From a virus (lineage: Duplodnaviria > Heunggongvirae > Uroviricota > Caudoviricetes), in the IMG/VR virus record IMGVR_UViG_2703718833_000007, positions 6,191 through 70,190 of that record: a stretch of DNA of 64,000 nucleotides. The stretch is one strand, 5' to 3'. Position 1 is the stretch's first letter. Each line of letters starts with the position of its first letter. Shown here piece after piece: positions 25,609 to 35,753 of the stretch. The notes under the pieces were generated by a model, which ran no database searches, was not told the origin of the DNA, and saw nothing but the letters and a program-made list of their open reading frames with translations. A program made the translations under genes and the position numbers.

Positions 25609-26874
25609 ATGTCAGATTTAATTCAAGTAAACACAAAAATTTCATGTAATAAAATCCGCAGGGAGACGTACAACGGGAGGGAGCATCTCGTAGTTCCTTC
25701 GTATACACTCCCATTTGGTATCGTTATGAATCGGGAATATTACCCAGAAGCTGAAATCATTGCTAATTATCAATCTCTGGAAGGAACACTCGCACCGTTG
25801 GGCCATCCTACGGTTGACGGTGAATTTGTTTCCGCATTTAGCCCGGAAGGTCTGAATATTGGCTTTTGTGGAGCGTGGAACAGGAATGTTGAATTGCGCG
25901 GGAACCGTGTTTATGTGGAGAAATGGGTGGATGTTGAAACTGCCAGTCATTCAGAACAAGGACGCGAATTATTAAGCCGACTGGAAGCACTGGAAAAAGG
26001 CGAAAGCAAAGATCCGATCTGGTCATCTGTTGCCGTATATCGTCAGCGTATGCCAGCTACTGAAGAGATGAAAGCCCAGGGTGCTGATAGCGTTGTCAAA
26101 ATCATGTCAATTGACCATGACGCCATCTTACTGCATGAACCGCCAGCCGCATCGCCTGAACAGGGCGTTGGCCTGATGGTTAACACTGACCAGGCGAAGC
26201 CGTTAATGGCTGTGGCAATGAAAGAAAACAGCTATCGCACGCTTGAAAGACAATTGGAAGAAGCTGCGCGTGAACTGTTCCACGATGCAGATTATGTATA
26301 TGTTGTGGACTTCACTGATAAAGAAGTGACGATTGCCACTAATACCGAAAGTGCTCAAGTTTGCACATATGAAAAACAGGCTGATAAAATTATTCTCAAT
26401 AATGGCGAGCTTGCAACCAATGAGGAAAGTAAATCCTGGTTCGCTCAGTTCGCTGAACACTTATCTAATCTTTTCTCCCTGAATGAAAAAATTAAGGCCA
26501 ATAAATCGGAGGGTGAACCCATGCCTTTGACCAAAGAAGAACGCGCCGAACTGGTGAAAGAAATTAACGAAAGCATCACCGCTAATATGGCTAATGCAAT
26601 CGCTGAAGCACTTAAACCAGTACAGGCAAGCGTTGAAGAATTACAGACCAATCAAAAAGCGATTAAAGAAGAGATCGCAGCAAACGCAGATAAAGAAGTA
26701 GCAGAAAAACGCGCCGCAGTAGCAAAAGTACACGGCGAAATTGTTGCTAACGCATTAAATGGTGAAGCGTTAGAAGCAATGTTTAAATCCCTGGGCAAAG
26801 CCGCGCCGATGGCAACCAACGCAGCAAGCGAAGGTAAAAAAGGCGAAGTCCCGGACTTTAACACTTATTTCTAA
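25609..26874 (+). CDS. Head assembly protein (scaffold / prohead protease-scaffold candidate)
   Basis: Track ORF 25600-26874 trimmed to MSDLIQ with GGGAG SD; C-terminal half helical Ala/Glu/Lys-rich. Confidence 0.5.
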   Translation: MSDLIQVNTKISCNKIRRETYNGREHLVVPSYTLPFGIVMNREYYPEAEIIANYQSLEGTLAPLGHPTVDGEFVSAFSPEGLNIGFCGAWNRNVELRGNRVYVEKWVDVETASHSEQGRELLSRLEALEKGESKDPIWSSVAVYRQRMPATEEMKAQGADSVVKIMSIDHDAILLHEPPAASPEQGVGLMVNTDQAKPLMAVAMKENSYRTLERQLEEAARELFHDADYVYVVDFTDKEVTIATNTESAQVCTYEKQADKIILNNGELATNEESKSWFAQFAEHLSNLFSLNEKIKANKSEGEPMPLTKEERAELVKEINESITANMANAIAEALKPVQASVEELQTNQKAIKEEIAANADKEVAEKRAAVAKVHGEIVANALNGEALEAMFKSLGKAAPMATNAASEGKKGEVPDFNTYF

Positions 26875-26890
26875 TTAAAAGGGGATCACA

Positions 26891-27319
26891 ATGTTTCGTT
26901 TTCGTCGTGTAAATATTGATGGTAAATCCATCACCGAAACCCGCCTCGCTGGTGCTGAATTAAAACCGGGTGAACTGGTTAAACTGGCTGAAGGTAAATT
27001 CGCTAAAGCAGCCCTTGCAGATGTTGGCAAGGCCCAACTTTTCATCGTTAACCCGGCATTCCATGAAGGCAAAACCATTGCTGATGCAATCGCTGCAAAT
27101 GAAACCGTTGTAGCCGATTATGTGGAACAGGGGCGTGAATTTGCTCTTCGTGTTCCTGCTGCAACCTACACCAAAGGCGCAGCTATTGCTCTCTCTGCCA
27201 CTGGCATCAAGCTGTTTACCGCGCCTAGTGGTGATGATGCTGCGGACCCAATCATCGCATACTGCCAGGAAGACGTAAAACTGGAAGCGGAAGACTTCGT
27301 CCGCGTTCGCGTCGCTTAA
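26891..27319 (+). CDS. Capsid-associated protein (decoration/scaffold candidate)
   Basis: Track ORF 142 aa immediately upstream of major capsid gene. Confidence 0.4.
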   Translation: MFRFRRVNIDGKSITETRLAGAELKPGELVKLAEGKFAKAALADVGKAQLFIVNPAFHEGKTIADAIAANETVVADYVEQGREFALRVPAATYTKGAAIALSATGIKLFTAPSGDDAADPIIAYCQEDVKLEAEDFVRVRVA

Positions 27320-27336
27320 TTTAAAAGGGGAAAAAC

Positions 27337-28389
27337 ATGTACTTTACTAAAGAAAACCTTGCTACCAACGCCCGTATGCAGGGTCATTGGAGCGAACTGT
27401 GGGCGCAGCGCAATATCTTCAACGCTCAACATGACGCCATGATTGCAGCAAACAAGGCGAACATGACTTCCGAAATGTTGGCCTGCAACGCTGTTGGTGG
27501 CTTCGCAAAAGAGTTCTGGAAAGAAATTGATAACCAGATCATCGAACTGAACACCGAGGAAATCGGTATTGAAATCGTCAACGACCTGATGGGTGTGCAA
27601 ACCGTACTGCCTATCGGTAAAACGCTGAAAATGTACAGCGTATCCGGCGACATCAACGATGAAGTCGTAATGTCTATGGATGGTCAGGCGCCACACGGCT
27701 TTGATCACACCGAATACGGCAGCGATGGCGACCCGATCCCGATGTTCGCAGCGGGTTACGGTGTTAACTGGCGTTTAGCTCAGGGCTTAAATACTGTAGG
27801 CATTGACCTTGCCCTGGACAGCCAGCGCCTGAAACTGAAAAAATTCAACAAAGCCCGCGTTAAATTCTACCTTGATGGTAACGAAAACATGGTTGTTGAT
27901 GGTCATAAAGCTATGGGTATTAAAAACCACAAAAACACCCAACAACTGACCCTAACCACTAACCTGACCACTGCAAAATTTGACGCACTGATCGACTTCT
28001 TCACCATTGGTGAATTTGGTGTTCTGGCCCGCAATAACTTCGTTGCTAAATATGATGTTATGTGGGTATCACCTGAAATCATGGCTAACCTGGCCCGCCC
28101 GCACATCGTTAACGGTGCTGTAGTTGGCAGCGTGCTCAATACGGTTATGCCGTTCGCACCGGTTGGTGAAATCCGCCAGACCTTTGCACTGAAAGGCAAC
28201 GAAATCATTGCTTATCAGCGCCGTCGTGACGTTATCACCCCGCTGATCGGTATGACTACTGGCGTAGTACCTGTGCCGCGCACCATGCCTACCGATAACT
28301 ACAATTTCAAAATCATGTCTGCCGAAGGTTTACAAATCACCTGCGACATGCTGGGCCGTTCCGGAGTCGTTTACGGCAAAAATTCCTAA
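27337..28389 (+). CDS. Major capsid protein
   Basis: Track ORF 350 aa; strong SD; followed by strong terminator; position. Confidence 0.75.
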   Translation: MYFTKENLATNARMQGHWSELWAQRNIFNAQHDAMIAANKANMTSEMLACNAVGGFAKEFWKEIDNQIIELNTEEIGIEIVNDLMGVQTVLPIGKTLKMYSVSGDINDEVVMSMDGQAPHGFDHTEYGSDGDPIPMFAAGYGVNWRLAQGLNTVGIDLALDSQRLKLKKFNKARVKFYLDGNENMVVDGHKAMGIKNHKNTQQLTLTTNLTTAKFDALIDFFTIGEFGVLARNNFVAKYDVMWVSPEIMANLARPHIVNGAVVGSVLNTVMPFAPVGEIRQTFALKGNEIIAYQRRRDVITPLIGMTTGVVPVPRTMPTDNYNFKIMSAEGLQITCDMLGRSGVVYGKNS

Positions 28390-28407
28390 TATAACGTTTC
28401 CTGTAAC

Positions 28408-28437
28408 TCCCCGGCGCAATGCCGGGGATTTTTTTTG
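28408..28437 (+). terminator. Rho-independent terminator after major capsid gene
   Basis: ccccggc-gcaat-gccgggg hairpin followed by 8 T. Confidence 0.8.
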
Positions 28438-28454
28438 TATGTGGAGCAAACAAA

Positions 28455-28841
28455 ATGGTAACTACAGAACAGGCGCGGGAATATCTTGAAAGCCAGGGTA
28501 TTGACCTGCCAGACGTTATCTTATCTTTGCTGGTGGAGCAGGCAAATAGCGTTAATGAATGCCTTGATGCTAACTATCAGGCCTCCACTGCAACATTAAT
28601 TCAGCTTTATCTGATTGGCCTGTTGGGACTCACCCAGGCTAACAAATACGTTTCCTCGCATACTGGTACGAACGGCGCGAGCCAGTCATATCGCTATGTC
28701 GATTTTAATAAAAAATGGAAGGCGGCCTATTCGTTGCTTTACTCACTGGACAAACACCATTGCACAGCAGAACTGATTCCACCGGCTCCAGAAAACACCG
28801 CGCACGCCGGGCTGTGGATAGGTAAAAGCGGGAGGATGTAA
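28455..28841 (+). CDS. Head-tail connector/adaptor protein (putative)
   Basis: Track ORF 28419-28841 trimmed to MVTTEQ; position. Confidence 0.4.
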   Translation: MVTTEQAREYLESQGIDLPDVILSLLVEQANSVNECLDANYQASTATLIQLYLIGLLGLTQANKYVSSHTGTNGASQSYRYVDFNKKWKAAYSLLYSLDKHHCTAELIPPAPENTAHAGLWIGKSGRM

Positions 28842-28843
28842 CA

Positions 28844-29029
28844 ATGTGGAATGACCTGACATTACCGGATCCGCTATTACCGAAACCGTTTACCCGCGTA
28901 TGGGTGCAGACTGATACCGGGCGGCAGGTGGCGGCATATCTCAATGACGCTGGCGAATGGGTGATTCTATGCCCGCGCGTGGCGGAAACCTATCCGAAAA
29001 TCATCAAATGGAGTTGCGGATATGAGTAA
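28844..29029 (+). CDS. Hypothetical structural protein
   Basis: Track ORF 61 aa. Confidence 0.35.
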   Translation: MWNDLTLPDPLLPKPFTRVWVQTDTGRQVAAYLNDAGEWVILCPRVAETYPKIIKWSCGYE

Positions 29030-29390
29030 GATCGCGAGATTCAGCTATAAGGCATTAGCCACCATTTACCCCGTGACGCGTGACGACTGGACAAACTCCG
29101 ACGTATACGGAACGCCATATCTGATTGATTGTTCATGGGAACGCACTGACGGAACCGCAACAGACGCAAACGGGAATGAGGTTAGCAACACGATAACCGT
29201 ATATACCGAACTGCTTCACAAGATGCAGCCAGTGCAGCGCCCTGAAAAAGGGTGGATGCTTGCCACTGGTGACACTACTGCTATTTCTGACCCGCTGGCG
29301 GCTGGGGCCAACTTTATAACCGGGATCGTTGAATGGGACATGAGCATGTTTAACGACACGCCGGACTATAAGATCGTGACAGGAGGTTAA
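29022..29390 (+). CDS. Head closure / head-tail joining protein (putative)
   Basis: Track ORF 122 aa; position. Confidence 0.4.
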   Translation: MSKIARFSYKALATIYPVTRDDWTNSDVYGTPYLIDCSWERTDGTATDANGNEVSNTITVYTELLHKMQPVQRPEKGWMLATGDTTAISDPLAAGANFITGIVEWDMSMFNDTPDYKIVTGG

Positions 29391-29392
29391 TC

Positions 29393-29866
29393 ATGCCACT
29401 GAAAGGCGTCAGGCGTGTCCGTATGAAAATGACGGAAGAAATCAGGAATATAGCAGACAAAAAGACTTATGAAGTGCTATGGATTGTTGGCAATGTCGCG
29501 TCCGGCCTTGCATCTGGAATGACGCCAGTTGATACGGGTTTTTTAATTAACAGCATGTATCAGACAGTTGAGAAAAACGGTAACGGACTTTGCCTCAGGG
29601 TTGGATATACCGCCCGCTATGCTGAATGGGTGCATGACATGCCAGGTACATTAATGGGACAGCCTCGCGAGCATTTCGGGAAAACCAATAACCTTTCGGA
29701 TTTCGGCCCGAAACAGGTAATTGAGTTCGGCGGCGGTACTGGCAAGGGTGATTACTGGGATCCAAACGCAGAACCTGAATTTTTGCGCAAGGCGTTCGAG
29801 GAACCAGATAACTTCAATGAAATCTGGAACACGATCAAACTTGGATACTGGACGAAACAATCATGA
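29393..29866 (+). CDS. Head-tail joining protein (HK97 gp10-like, putative)
   Basis: Track ORF 157 aa; position. Confidence 0.4.
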   Translation: MPLKGVRRVRMKMTEEIRNIADKKTYEVLWIVGNVASGLASGMTPVDTGFLINSMYQTVEKNGNGLCLRVGYTARYAEWVHDMPGTLMGQPREHFGKTNNLSDFGPKQVIEFGGGTGKGDYWDPNAEPEFLRKAFEEPDNFNEIWNTIKLGYWTKQS

Positions 29867-30249
29867 AACGCAGCGAAGTATACGATGAAATAAGGGATTG
29901 GATTAAATCCCACGGGTACGACGAAGGTTATATTTTGCAGGCCCGTTTCTGGAATGAGCGATCCAATTCTAATAAAGACAGATACATTGTCATACAGCAA
30001 AACGGCGGCGCGGCTGGAGAAGAAGCAATAACCCGTGACTATTTCCGCATCCTGGTTATTTCAGCGCGCAATGACGCAAATATCAGCGAAGTGGAAGACC
30101 TCGCCGATGCAATACGGCAAAGTATGATAACCGAATATAAAACTGATAAAATTACACACATGAAGCCAGTTGGCGCTATTCCTGCAATGCAGACAAGAGA
30201 AGGGCGCTTTATTTTTACCGTAGCTTTTCAAACCATCATATCAAGATAA
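29863..30249 (+). CDS. Tail completion/terminator protein (putative)
   Basis: Track ORF 128 aa; position before major tail gene. Confidence 0.4.
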   Translation: MKRSEVYDEIRDWIKSHGYDEGYILQARFWNERSNSNKDRYIVIQQNGGAAGEEAITRDYFRILVISARNDANISEVEDLADAIRQSMITEYKTDKITHMKPVGAIPAMQTREGRFIFTVAFQTIISR

Positions 30250-30262
30250 GAGGTAACTAAAC

Positions 30263-30739
30263 ATGTCTCAGACTTGTGATAAAGGTTCGTTCTTAGGCCG
30301 CGACGTTGCCGTATTTTACGCTATCGCTTGCCCTAATGCGAAACCTAATGACGAAGCATATAAAGCGTTAGGCATGATGCGTGGTAAATCGCTTTCCGTA
30401 GAATGGGAAACCGCAGACGCCACCGCTGATAAATCAGCAGACTACACGAAAGAATCATTGGTAACTTACAAATCTGTTGCCTTCTCAGGTGACGGCGTAT
30501 CACGCACCGAAGAAATCCACAACCAGAAGGCACTTAAACGCCACGTTATTAACCCTGGCGAAACAACAGGTGCGCAGCCTTACGTCTGGTTGAAACTCGT
30601 TTCCCCGCTCGATGTAACCGAAGGTCCGTTTCTTTGCACCTCATTCAAAGAGGAGGATCCGCACGATGATGTGTCCACCTGGTCCATTGAATGCGAAAGC
30701 GCTGGCAAAGTCACGGTAGGTGACGTTCCGTCAGTGTAA
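30263..30739 (+). CDS. Major tail (tube) protein
   Basis: Track ORF 158 aa; followed by terminator; position. Confidence 0.65.
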   Translation: MSQTCDKGSFLGRDVAVFYAIACPNAKPNDEAYKALGMMRGKSLSVEWETADATADKSADYTKESLVTYKSVAFSGDGVSRTEEIHNQKALKRHVINPGETTGAQPYVWLKLVSPLDVTEGPFLCTSFKEEDPHDDVSTWSIECESAGKVTVGDVPSV

Positions 30740-30756
30740 CAGCAAATATTAACATC

Positions 30757-30782
30757 GGGGCCATTTGGCCCCTTTATTTTTT
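30757..30782 (+). terminator. Rho-independent terminator after major tail gene
   Basis: ggggcc-attt-ggcccc hairpin followed by tttatttttt. Confidence 0.7.
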
Positions 30783-31475
30783 ATGGTGACAGTTATGATC
30801 CATGTTCGAACAGGACAATTTGCGGTTGTTGTTGATGGCAGGCGTTACGAGTTTAACCCCTGCTTTGCTGCAATGGCTAAAATAGGCAGTGACAGAGAAC
30901 TGGTCGAATACTTCGCAACGGTGCACGGTGGCAAATATCCATCACGATTGCCAACGGATACAGACCTACGCAATCGCATTCTGGCGCGTTGTTATGGTGA
31001 ACTGGTGCAAACGTCCATCCACATACTTAAATGTTGCTCAGAATGCGAAATAGGCCCGTTATTGGGCGAATGTAGCTTTACTCCTTCTGGTAAGTTGAGA
31101 CTTAAACCTGGATTGATGCCCACCAGCGACGTTATCACGCTTGCGCAGCACTGCATGTTCCACGGTTTAATTGGTGACGGACCGGAGGAAGACGTTGGCG
31201 ATGAGCAGGAAGGCGACTATAAACAGACTTTTGACATCCTTGAATACGTTTACTCTGCCGTTGCTCACCTGGGATTGTCTGAATCTGAAGCATGGGGCAT
31301 GACAATGACCGGATACAGGGCCGCTGTACGCGCTAAAACGCCACCAGACGAAAGAAACGAGAAACGTAAGCCAAACGTTCATATAAATAAACGTGATTAT
31401 GATGAGCAAATGGAGGCCGCTAAAAGGGTGCTGGAATTGATGAAAAAACGCGAGCAAGAAAAAGCCCGGAATTAA
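30783..31475 (+). CDS. Tail assembly chaperone (putative, position-based)
   Basis: Track ORF 30765-31475 trimmed to first ATG after terminator. Confidence 0.4.
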   Translation: MVTVMIHVRTGQFAVVVDGRRYEFNPCFAAMAKIGSDRELVEYFATVHGGKYPSRLPTDTDLRNRILARCYGELVQTSIHILKCCSECEIGPLLGECSFTPSGKLRLKPGLMPTSDVITLAQHCMFHGLIGDGPEEDVGDEQEGDYKQTFDILEYVYSAVAHLGLSESEAWGMTMTGYRAAVRAKTPPDERNEKRKPNVHINKRDYDEQMEAAKRVLELMKKREQEKARN

Positions 31476-31490
31476 CCGGGCCTTTATCTT
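31459..31490. terminator. Bidirectional hairpin terminator between convergent genes
   Basis: gcccgg-aattaa-ccgggc with T-tracts on both strands. Confidence 0.55.
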
Positions 31491-31792
31491 TATTTGTATG
31501 CTGCAAATCTGCATCTTGCCTCATCCAGATCGTGAATATCGTACACGTTATCGTAAATGTAAGTTGCAACCTGTGCTTTCTGTACGTCAGTTGCGTTAGG
31601 GAACTCCATGCTTACAAAAGTCACTGCATCAACGTAGTTCTTAAACATTTTTTTGTTAACGCACAGTGCGTAAATCAATACACCAGGCCAGAAAATCAGC
31701 GCGCCAATGAATGCCATGAGCATATTCAGATGTTTTTTCTGCGCTACAGCCATAGTTACTACGAAGCCGATGAGTGCAATTACCAGTTCCAT
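31490..31792 (-). CDS. Opposite-strand moron: membrane protein (2 TM) with soluble C-terminal domain
   Basis: Track ORF 100 aa; GAGAGGTG SD; inserted between tail chaperone and tape-measure genes. Confidence 0.5.
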   Translation of the reverse strand: MELVIALIGFVVTMAVAQKKHLNMLMAFIGALIFWPGVLIYALCVNKKMFKNYVDAVTFVSMEFPNATDVQKAQVATYIYDNVYDIHDLDEARCRFAAYK

Positions 31793-32167
31793 GATACACC
31801 TCTCATTTACGTTTATCTTCGGTTGTCATTGCCAGCACTAGCACAGCCATCACATTAAATGCTAACCATTCTGTAATATATACATCTATAACCGTTTTGA
31901 TTGCGTCCATTTACCCGCCCCGCTTATTTCTTGTTTTTAAGTGCTTTCAGCATTTCTTCGATAAAGTCGGCATAGTGCTCATGCTCGTTGGGTCGGTAGT
32001 AGTTTTTCATTTTCTTATCCTCTTTTGCTTCCTCCGGTTAATCCGGCCTTCTAAATCCCTTTACTCTATCCCTTTCCTTTAGCCTCTTTATACAAAATGT
32101 ATTCGTTGAAGTGAAGCCATTTTGTATAAAATAGAGATCAGGATCACACTTTTTACGAGGTTAAATC

Positions 32168-34513
32168 ATGGCTACCAGTTTAGGTACAATTTATTACGAA
32201 GTTGATGCAAAAACTGGTCAACTTCTAGTCGCTCAGAGACAGGCTGATCAGGCTTTTGACAGTATAGAGCGCGGCGCAAAACGTGCCGACCGCCAGGTGA
32301 ACACGCTTAAGACTTCAATCAAAGCACTATCCAGGGTCATCCATCTGTTACTTGCTGCGGAGGCTGTGCGCCAGTTTATTGACATGGCGGAGCAAGCAAA
32401 AATGCTTCGTGTCAAAATTAAAATGCTCACAGGTGACGCAGAGGCTGCAGGACGTGTTTTTGACGGCCTGAAAAAAATATCAAAGGAAACCGGGCAAAGC
32501 CTTAAAGACACTGGCGAATTGTGGCAGGGCCTGGCTATTTCACTAAAGAACACTTCCGCTACGGAAGGCCAATTGCTCAACCTGGTTGGCACTATTCAGA
32601 AGATGGGTGCGTTAGGAGGCGCGTCAGCGGAACAGATGTCTAATTCTATGCGCCAGTTCCGCCAGTCTATAGACGGCGGCGTGCTGCGTGCTGAAGAGTT
32701 TAACAGCCTGTTAGAGAACACGCCGACCATCGTACAGACAATGGCCCGCCATATGGGGTTGTCAATGGGCCAGTTCCGCGCCGAAATGCTGGACGGCAAG
32801 ATCACGGCTGAAAGGATGGTTAACGCGATTCAGGCAGCTACACAGGAAACAAACGAGAAGTTTGCACAGTTGCCGCGCACGTCCGGCAAGGCTATCAATG
32901 AGCTTAAAGTTGAGGTGATGGGACTTGTCGAACAGTTAGACGATCTTTTCGGCATATCAGATGGCGTTGTGTCGGCAATAGACTTAATCACTGGTGGCGT
33001 TGAGGGATTAGGTAAAGGCGCAAAATTCGCCGCAACATGTTTCAATACACTAAAAACGGCTGGCAGTGAGTTCATAGACATGTTTGACGACGTGGCTGTT
33101 AAGGCTGGCGAGGTGGCGGAAGAAATCATTAGAATGGTAACGCCAATCAAGGCGCTAATGGATGGCTACAAATGGATGAAGGAGATTGTAGGAAAGCAAA
33201 CAGAAGAATATAACACCAATTATGAGAAGAAATACGGTAAAAGACTTGGTAAGGGAATGCAATTTTGGGATGATTGGCAGGCCGTACTTAACCAAACAAA
33301 AGAAAACAAAGGAACCGACACCGCTAACGACGGCAAGATCACCGGATTCGAGCCGCCAGTAGATAAGCCAGGAAAACCGAAAAAAGGCAAAAAAGACAAG
33401 AAATCTGAAGCTGATCGGCTTGGTGATGAAGGTGTAAGTGTCTCCGACCAGTACAACAAAGACGCCGCCGCTATGCGTAAAGCACTGGAGAACGGCAAGG
33501 CCATTGACGCTGCGTTTGCTCAGGGCAAAATAACCCTCCTTGAGTACAAGGCAGCGCAAAAGGGGATAGGCAAGGAACTGAAGGACGAATTGGCACAAAT
33601 CCCGGTAGAAGAATTGCAGGACAAATGGGCGCACATAGTAAGCCCGATGGATCAGCTTAAGGGCGAAATTGACCCAATCAAACAGGCGCAGAATGAATGG
33701 GCAGTAAGAAAGCAAATGTTATTAGACCTGGGCGCTACAGAGGCGCAACAGAGACAGGCGCAGTTAGAATATGAACAACAGATCCGCGATCTGAAGTGGG
33801 AGCAGTGGCAGGCGCAAAGCGACACAAACAGCCTGATCGGTGCTTGTGTTAGCGGCCTCAAAGGTGGCATGGGTAATGCTCTTACCGGCCTGCTAAACGG
33901 CACTCAATCATTAAGCGAGGTTTTCGCCAACCTGGGAAGCAGCATACTTAACACCGTTGGCAACAAACTCTCAGAAATAGCCGCTAACTGGATAGCAGAT
34001 CAGTTAATGATGGAAACGCAAAGCAAGGCTACCCAGGCAAGCACTGCGGCTGGCGCTGTGGCTGCCCAGGGTGAGATCGCGGCAGCGGCGGCCCCGGCAG
34101 CGGCGGCTACGGCTGCATCAACTGGCGGTAGTTGGGCTATGGCTGGTGCTGCGGCGCTTTCTGCGATCATGTCGCTGGCAACGTCAATTTTTGGCGGCGG
34201 GCGTTATAATGGTGGTTCTGTGAATGGTGGTAGTCTGTATCGCGTAGGGGAACACGGAATACCTGAGCTATTCCAGACGAGCAACGGGCGTCAGTATATG
34301 ATCCCTGGGGAAAATGGCAGGGTTATTCCTGGCCGCGATCTTTTCAGTGGTGGCGGCATTAATATGCCTGTTAACATCACTGTTCAGACCACAAACGGGT
34401 TTAGCGACGAGGACAGTCGCAGACTTGAGCAGACAATGGAACGTGTAGCGATGAAAATGATGGCAAGGGAATCGCAACGACCGGGCGGAATGTTGCAACC
34501 TCGCCGCAAATAA
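32168..34513 (+). CDS. Tail tape-measure protein
   Basis: Track ORF 781 aa; helical N-terminal two-thirds, Gly/Ala-rich C-terminal region; position. Confidence 0.9.
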   Translation: MATSLGTIYYEVDAKTGQLLVAQRQADQAFDSIERGAKRADRQVNTLKTSIKALSRVIHLLLAAEAVRQFIDMAEQAKMLRVKIKMLTGDAEAAGRVFDGLKKISKETGQSLKDTGELWQGLAISLKNTSATEGQLLNLVGTIQKMGALGGASAEQMSNSMRQFRQSIDGGVLRAEEFNSLLENTPTIVQTMARHMGLSMGQFRAEMLDGKITAERMVNAIQAATQETNEKFAQLPRTSGKAINELKVEVMGLVEQLDDLFGISDGVVSAIDLITGGVEGLGKGAKFAATCFNTLKTAGSEFIDMFDDVAVKAGEVAEEIIRMVTPIKALMDGYKWMKEIVGKQTEEYNTNYEKKYGKRLGKGMQFWDDWQAVLNQTKENKGTDTANDGKITGFEPPVDKPGKPKKGKKDKKSEADRLGDEGVSVSDQYNKDAAAMRKALENGKAIDAAFAQGKITLLEYKAAQKGIGKELKDELAQIPVEELQDKWAHIVSPMDQLKGEIDPIKQAQNEWAVRKQMLLDLGATEAQQRQAQLEYEQQIRDLKWEQWQAQSDTNSLIGACVSGLKGGMGNALTGLLNGTQSLSEVFANLGSSILNTVGNKLSEIAANWIADQLMMETQSKATQASTAAGAVAAQGEIAAAAAPAAAATAASTGGSWAMAGAAALSAIMSLATSIFGGGRYNGGSVNGGSLYRVGEHGIPELFQTSNGRQYMIPGENGRVIPGRDLFSGGGINMPVNITVQTTNGFSDEDSRRLEQTMERVAMKMMARESQRPGGMLQPRRK

Positions 34514-34519
34514 ACAAAA

Positions 34520-34547
34520 CCCCGGTACAATGCCGGGGCTATTTTTA
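34520..34547 (+). terminator. Rho-independent terminator after tape-measure gene
   Basis: ccccgg-tacaatg-ccgggg hairpin followed by T-rich tract. Confidence 0.7.
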
Positions 34548-34984
34548 GTTGTTCTCAAAACTTGTATATCCTCTTTCAATTTTTCCACCGTGTACGCTTC
34601 TGGCAAATACCGCGTCAGTATACCTGAAAAATGGGCATGTATATGTATCCCCTTTACTATCCATATATTTTAGCACCCATGCTATGCGTTTTACGTTGCT
34701 TTTATTTGCCGGATTTTTCATTTTATTTTTCCTCCGCAAATCACAATCTTCCGTTTCTTGCTATATAGCTGCGAGCAAACATCACCTGCCAGATGTTCCA
34801 AATCTCACGCCACGTAAATTCATCATCTTCCATATCTCACACCATCGCGCTTGTATGGTTCGCCATCAGCAAACGGGATTAACTCATCGTTTGCCACCAT
34901 TCGATTAAACCAGTCTTTCAGAACAACCAGGGAGAACCGGATCCCGTAACTGTGCAATTCGCGCCACCTCATTTATGTGCCACC

Positions 34985-35491
34985 CTATTTACCGTGATTT
35001 GGATGAAAACCGTATTTAATTTCGGATTCTTGCCTTGCCTTGATTGCATCATCTTTGCTTTTGAATACCCCTAAATGTTTTAATTTTCCGTTGATTCTGA
35101 TAACTGCGCACCATTTACGCAATCTTTCAAGCCAATAAACACCAGCACAGCCGGATTTATTATTATGGTTGCGACTTCTGTTGTGGTTATTGTCTTGGCA
35201 GGTAACTAGCCGCAAATTTTCTATATGGTTGTTTACCTTATTGTGATCGATATGATCTATTTCCATTCCTTCCGGGATTGGTCCGTTGTGCATTTCCCAT
35301 ATAATTCTATGCTCTTGGTATATCCTCCTGTTAAACCCTACATGTATATACCCACTTCGTTTATGAAGGCACCCGGCTCGCTTTCCCGCATATCTTGAAT
35401 TCCAGGTTTTGGAAACGCCATTTCTTGGCTTCCATAATATAGCGCCGTCACTGTATATAAAATAATCATTCCAGTTAATTACTTGTGACAT
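34985..35491 (-). CDS. HNH homing endonuclease (HNH_3 + AP2-like), paralogue 4 of 4, opposite strand
   Basis: Track ORF 168 aa; INWNDYFIY, GPIPEGMEIDHIDHN, SGCAGVYWLERLRKWCAVI motifs. Confidence 0.85.
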   Translation of the reverse strand: MSQVINWNDYFIYSDGAILWKPRNGVSKTWNSRYAGKRAGCLHKRSGYIHVGFNRRIYQEHRIIWEMHNGPIPEGMEIDHIDHNKVNNHIENLRLVTCQDNNHNRSRNHNNKSGCAGVYWLERLRKWCAVIRINGKLKHLGVFKSKDDAIKARQESEIKYGFHPNHGK

Positions 35492-35733
35492 CCGCGCACC
35501 CCTGACAATTCATTAAATTTGTGATGCTCGACGATTACCCATGCTTTCAAGTCCTGGCTATAAACACGCCAATCTAAATTGGCGCGGAAGGCGTAGCCGT
35601 AGCCGTCCTTTAATTTTTTGGGTGCAACATCCTTGTTTAAAAACGCGTTCAGAAGTGCTTTTGCTTTTTTGATTACGTGTCCAGGTGCGTTTTTCTGTGC
35701 TTTAAGATTTTTGTCAATCATTACCAATTTCAT
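35479..35733 (-). CDS. Hypothetical protein, possibly RelE/ParE-fold toxin-like
   Basis: Track ORF 84 aa; WRVYSQDLKAWVIVEHH loosely resembles the RelE/ParE C-terminal strand pattern; weak. Confidence 0.35.
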   Translation of the reverse strand: MKLVMIDKNLKAQKNAPGHVIKKAKALLNAFLNKDVAPKKLKDGYGYAFRANLDWRVYSQDLKAWVIVEHHKFNELSGVRGCHK

Positions 35734-35753
35734 AACTCACCCCACGCAATCCA

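Noticed and set aside
31803-31910. Candidate 35-aa minus-strand peptide gene upstream of the 100-aa membrane moron
   Set aside because: Codon-by-codon reading hits a stop after 17 codons; earlier longer reading was a frame error
32248-33903. Minus-strand ORFs of 69-186 aa inside the tape-measure gene
   Set aside because: Antisense to a long, well-supported CDS; no start signals; low-complexity translations typical of spurious frames
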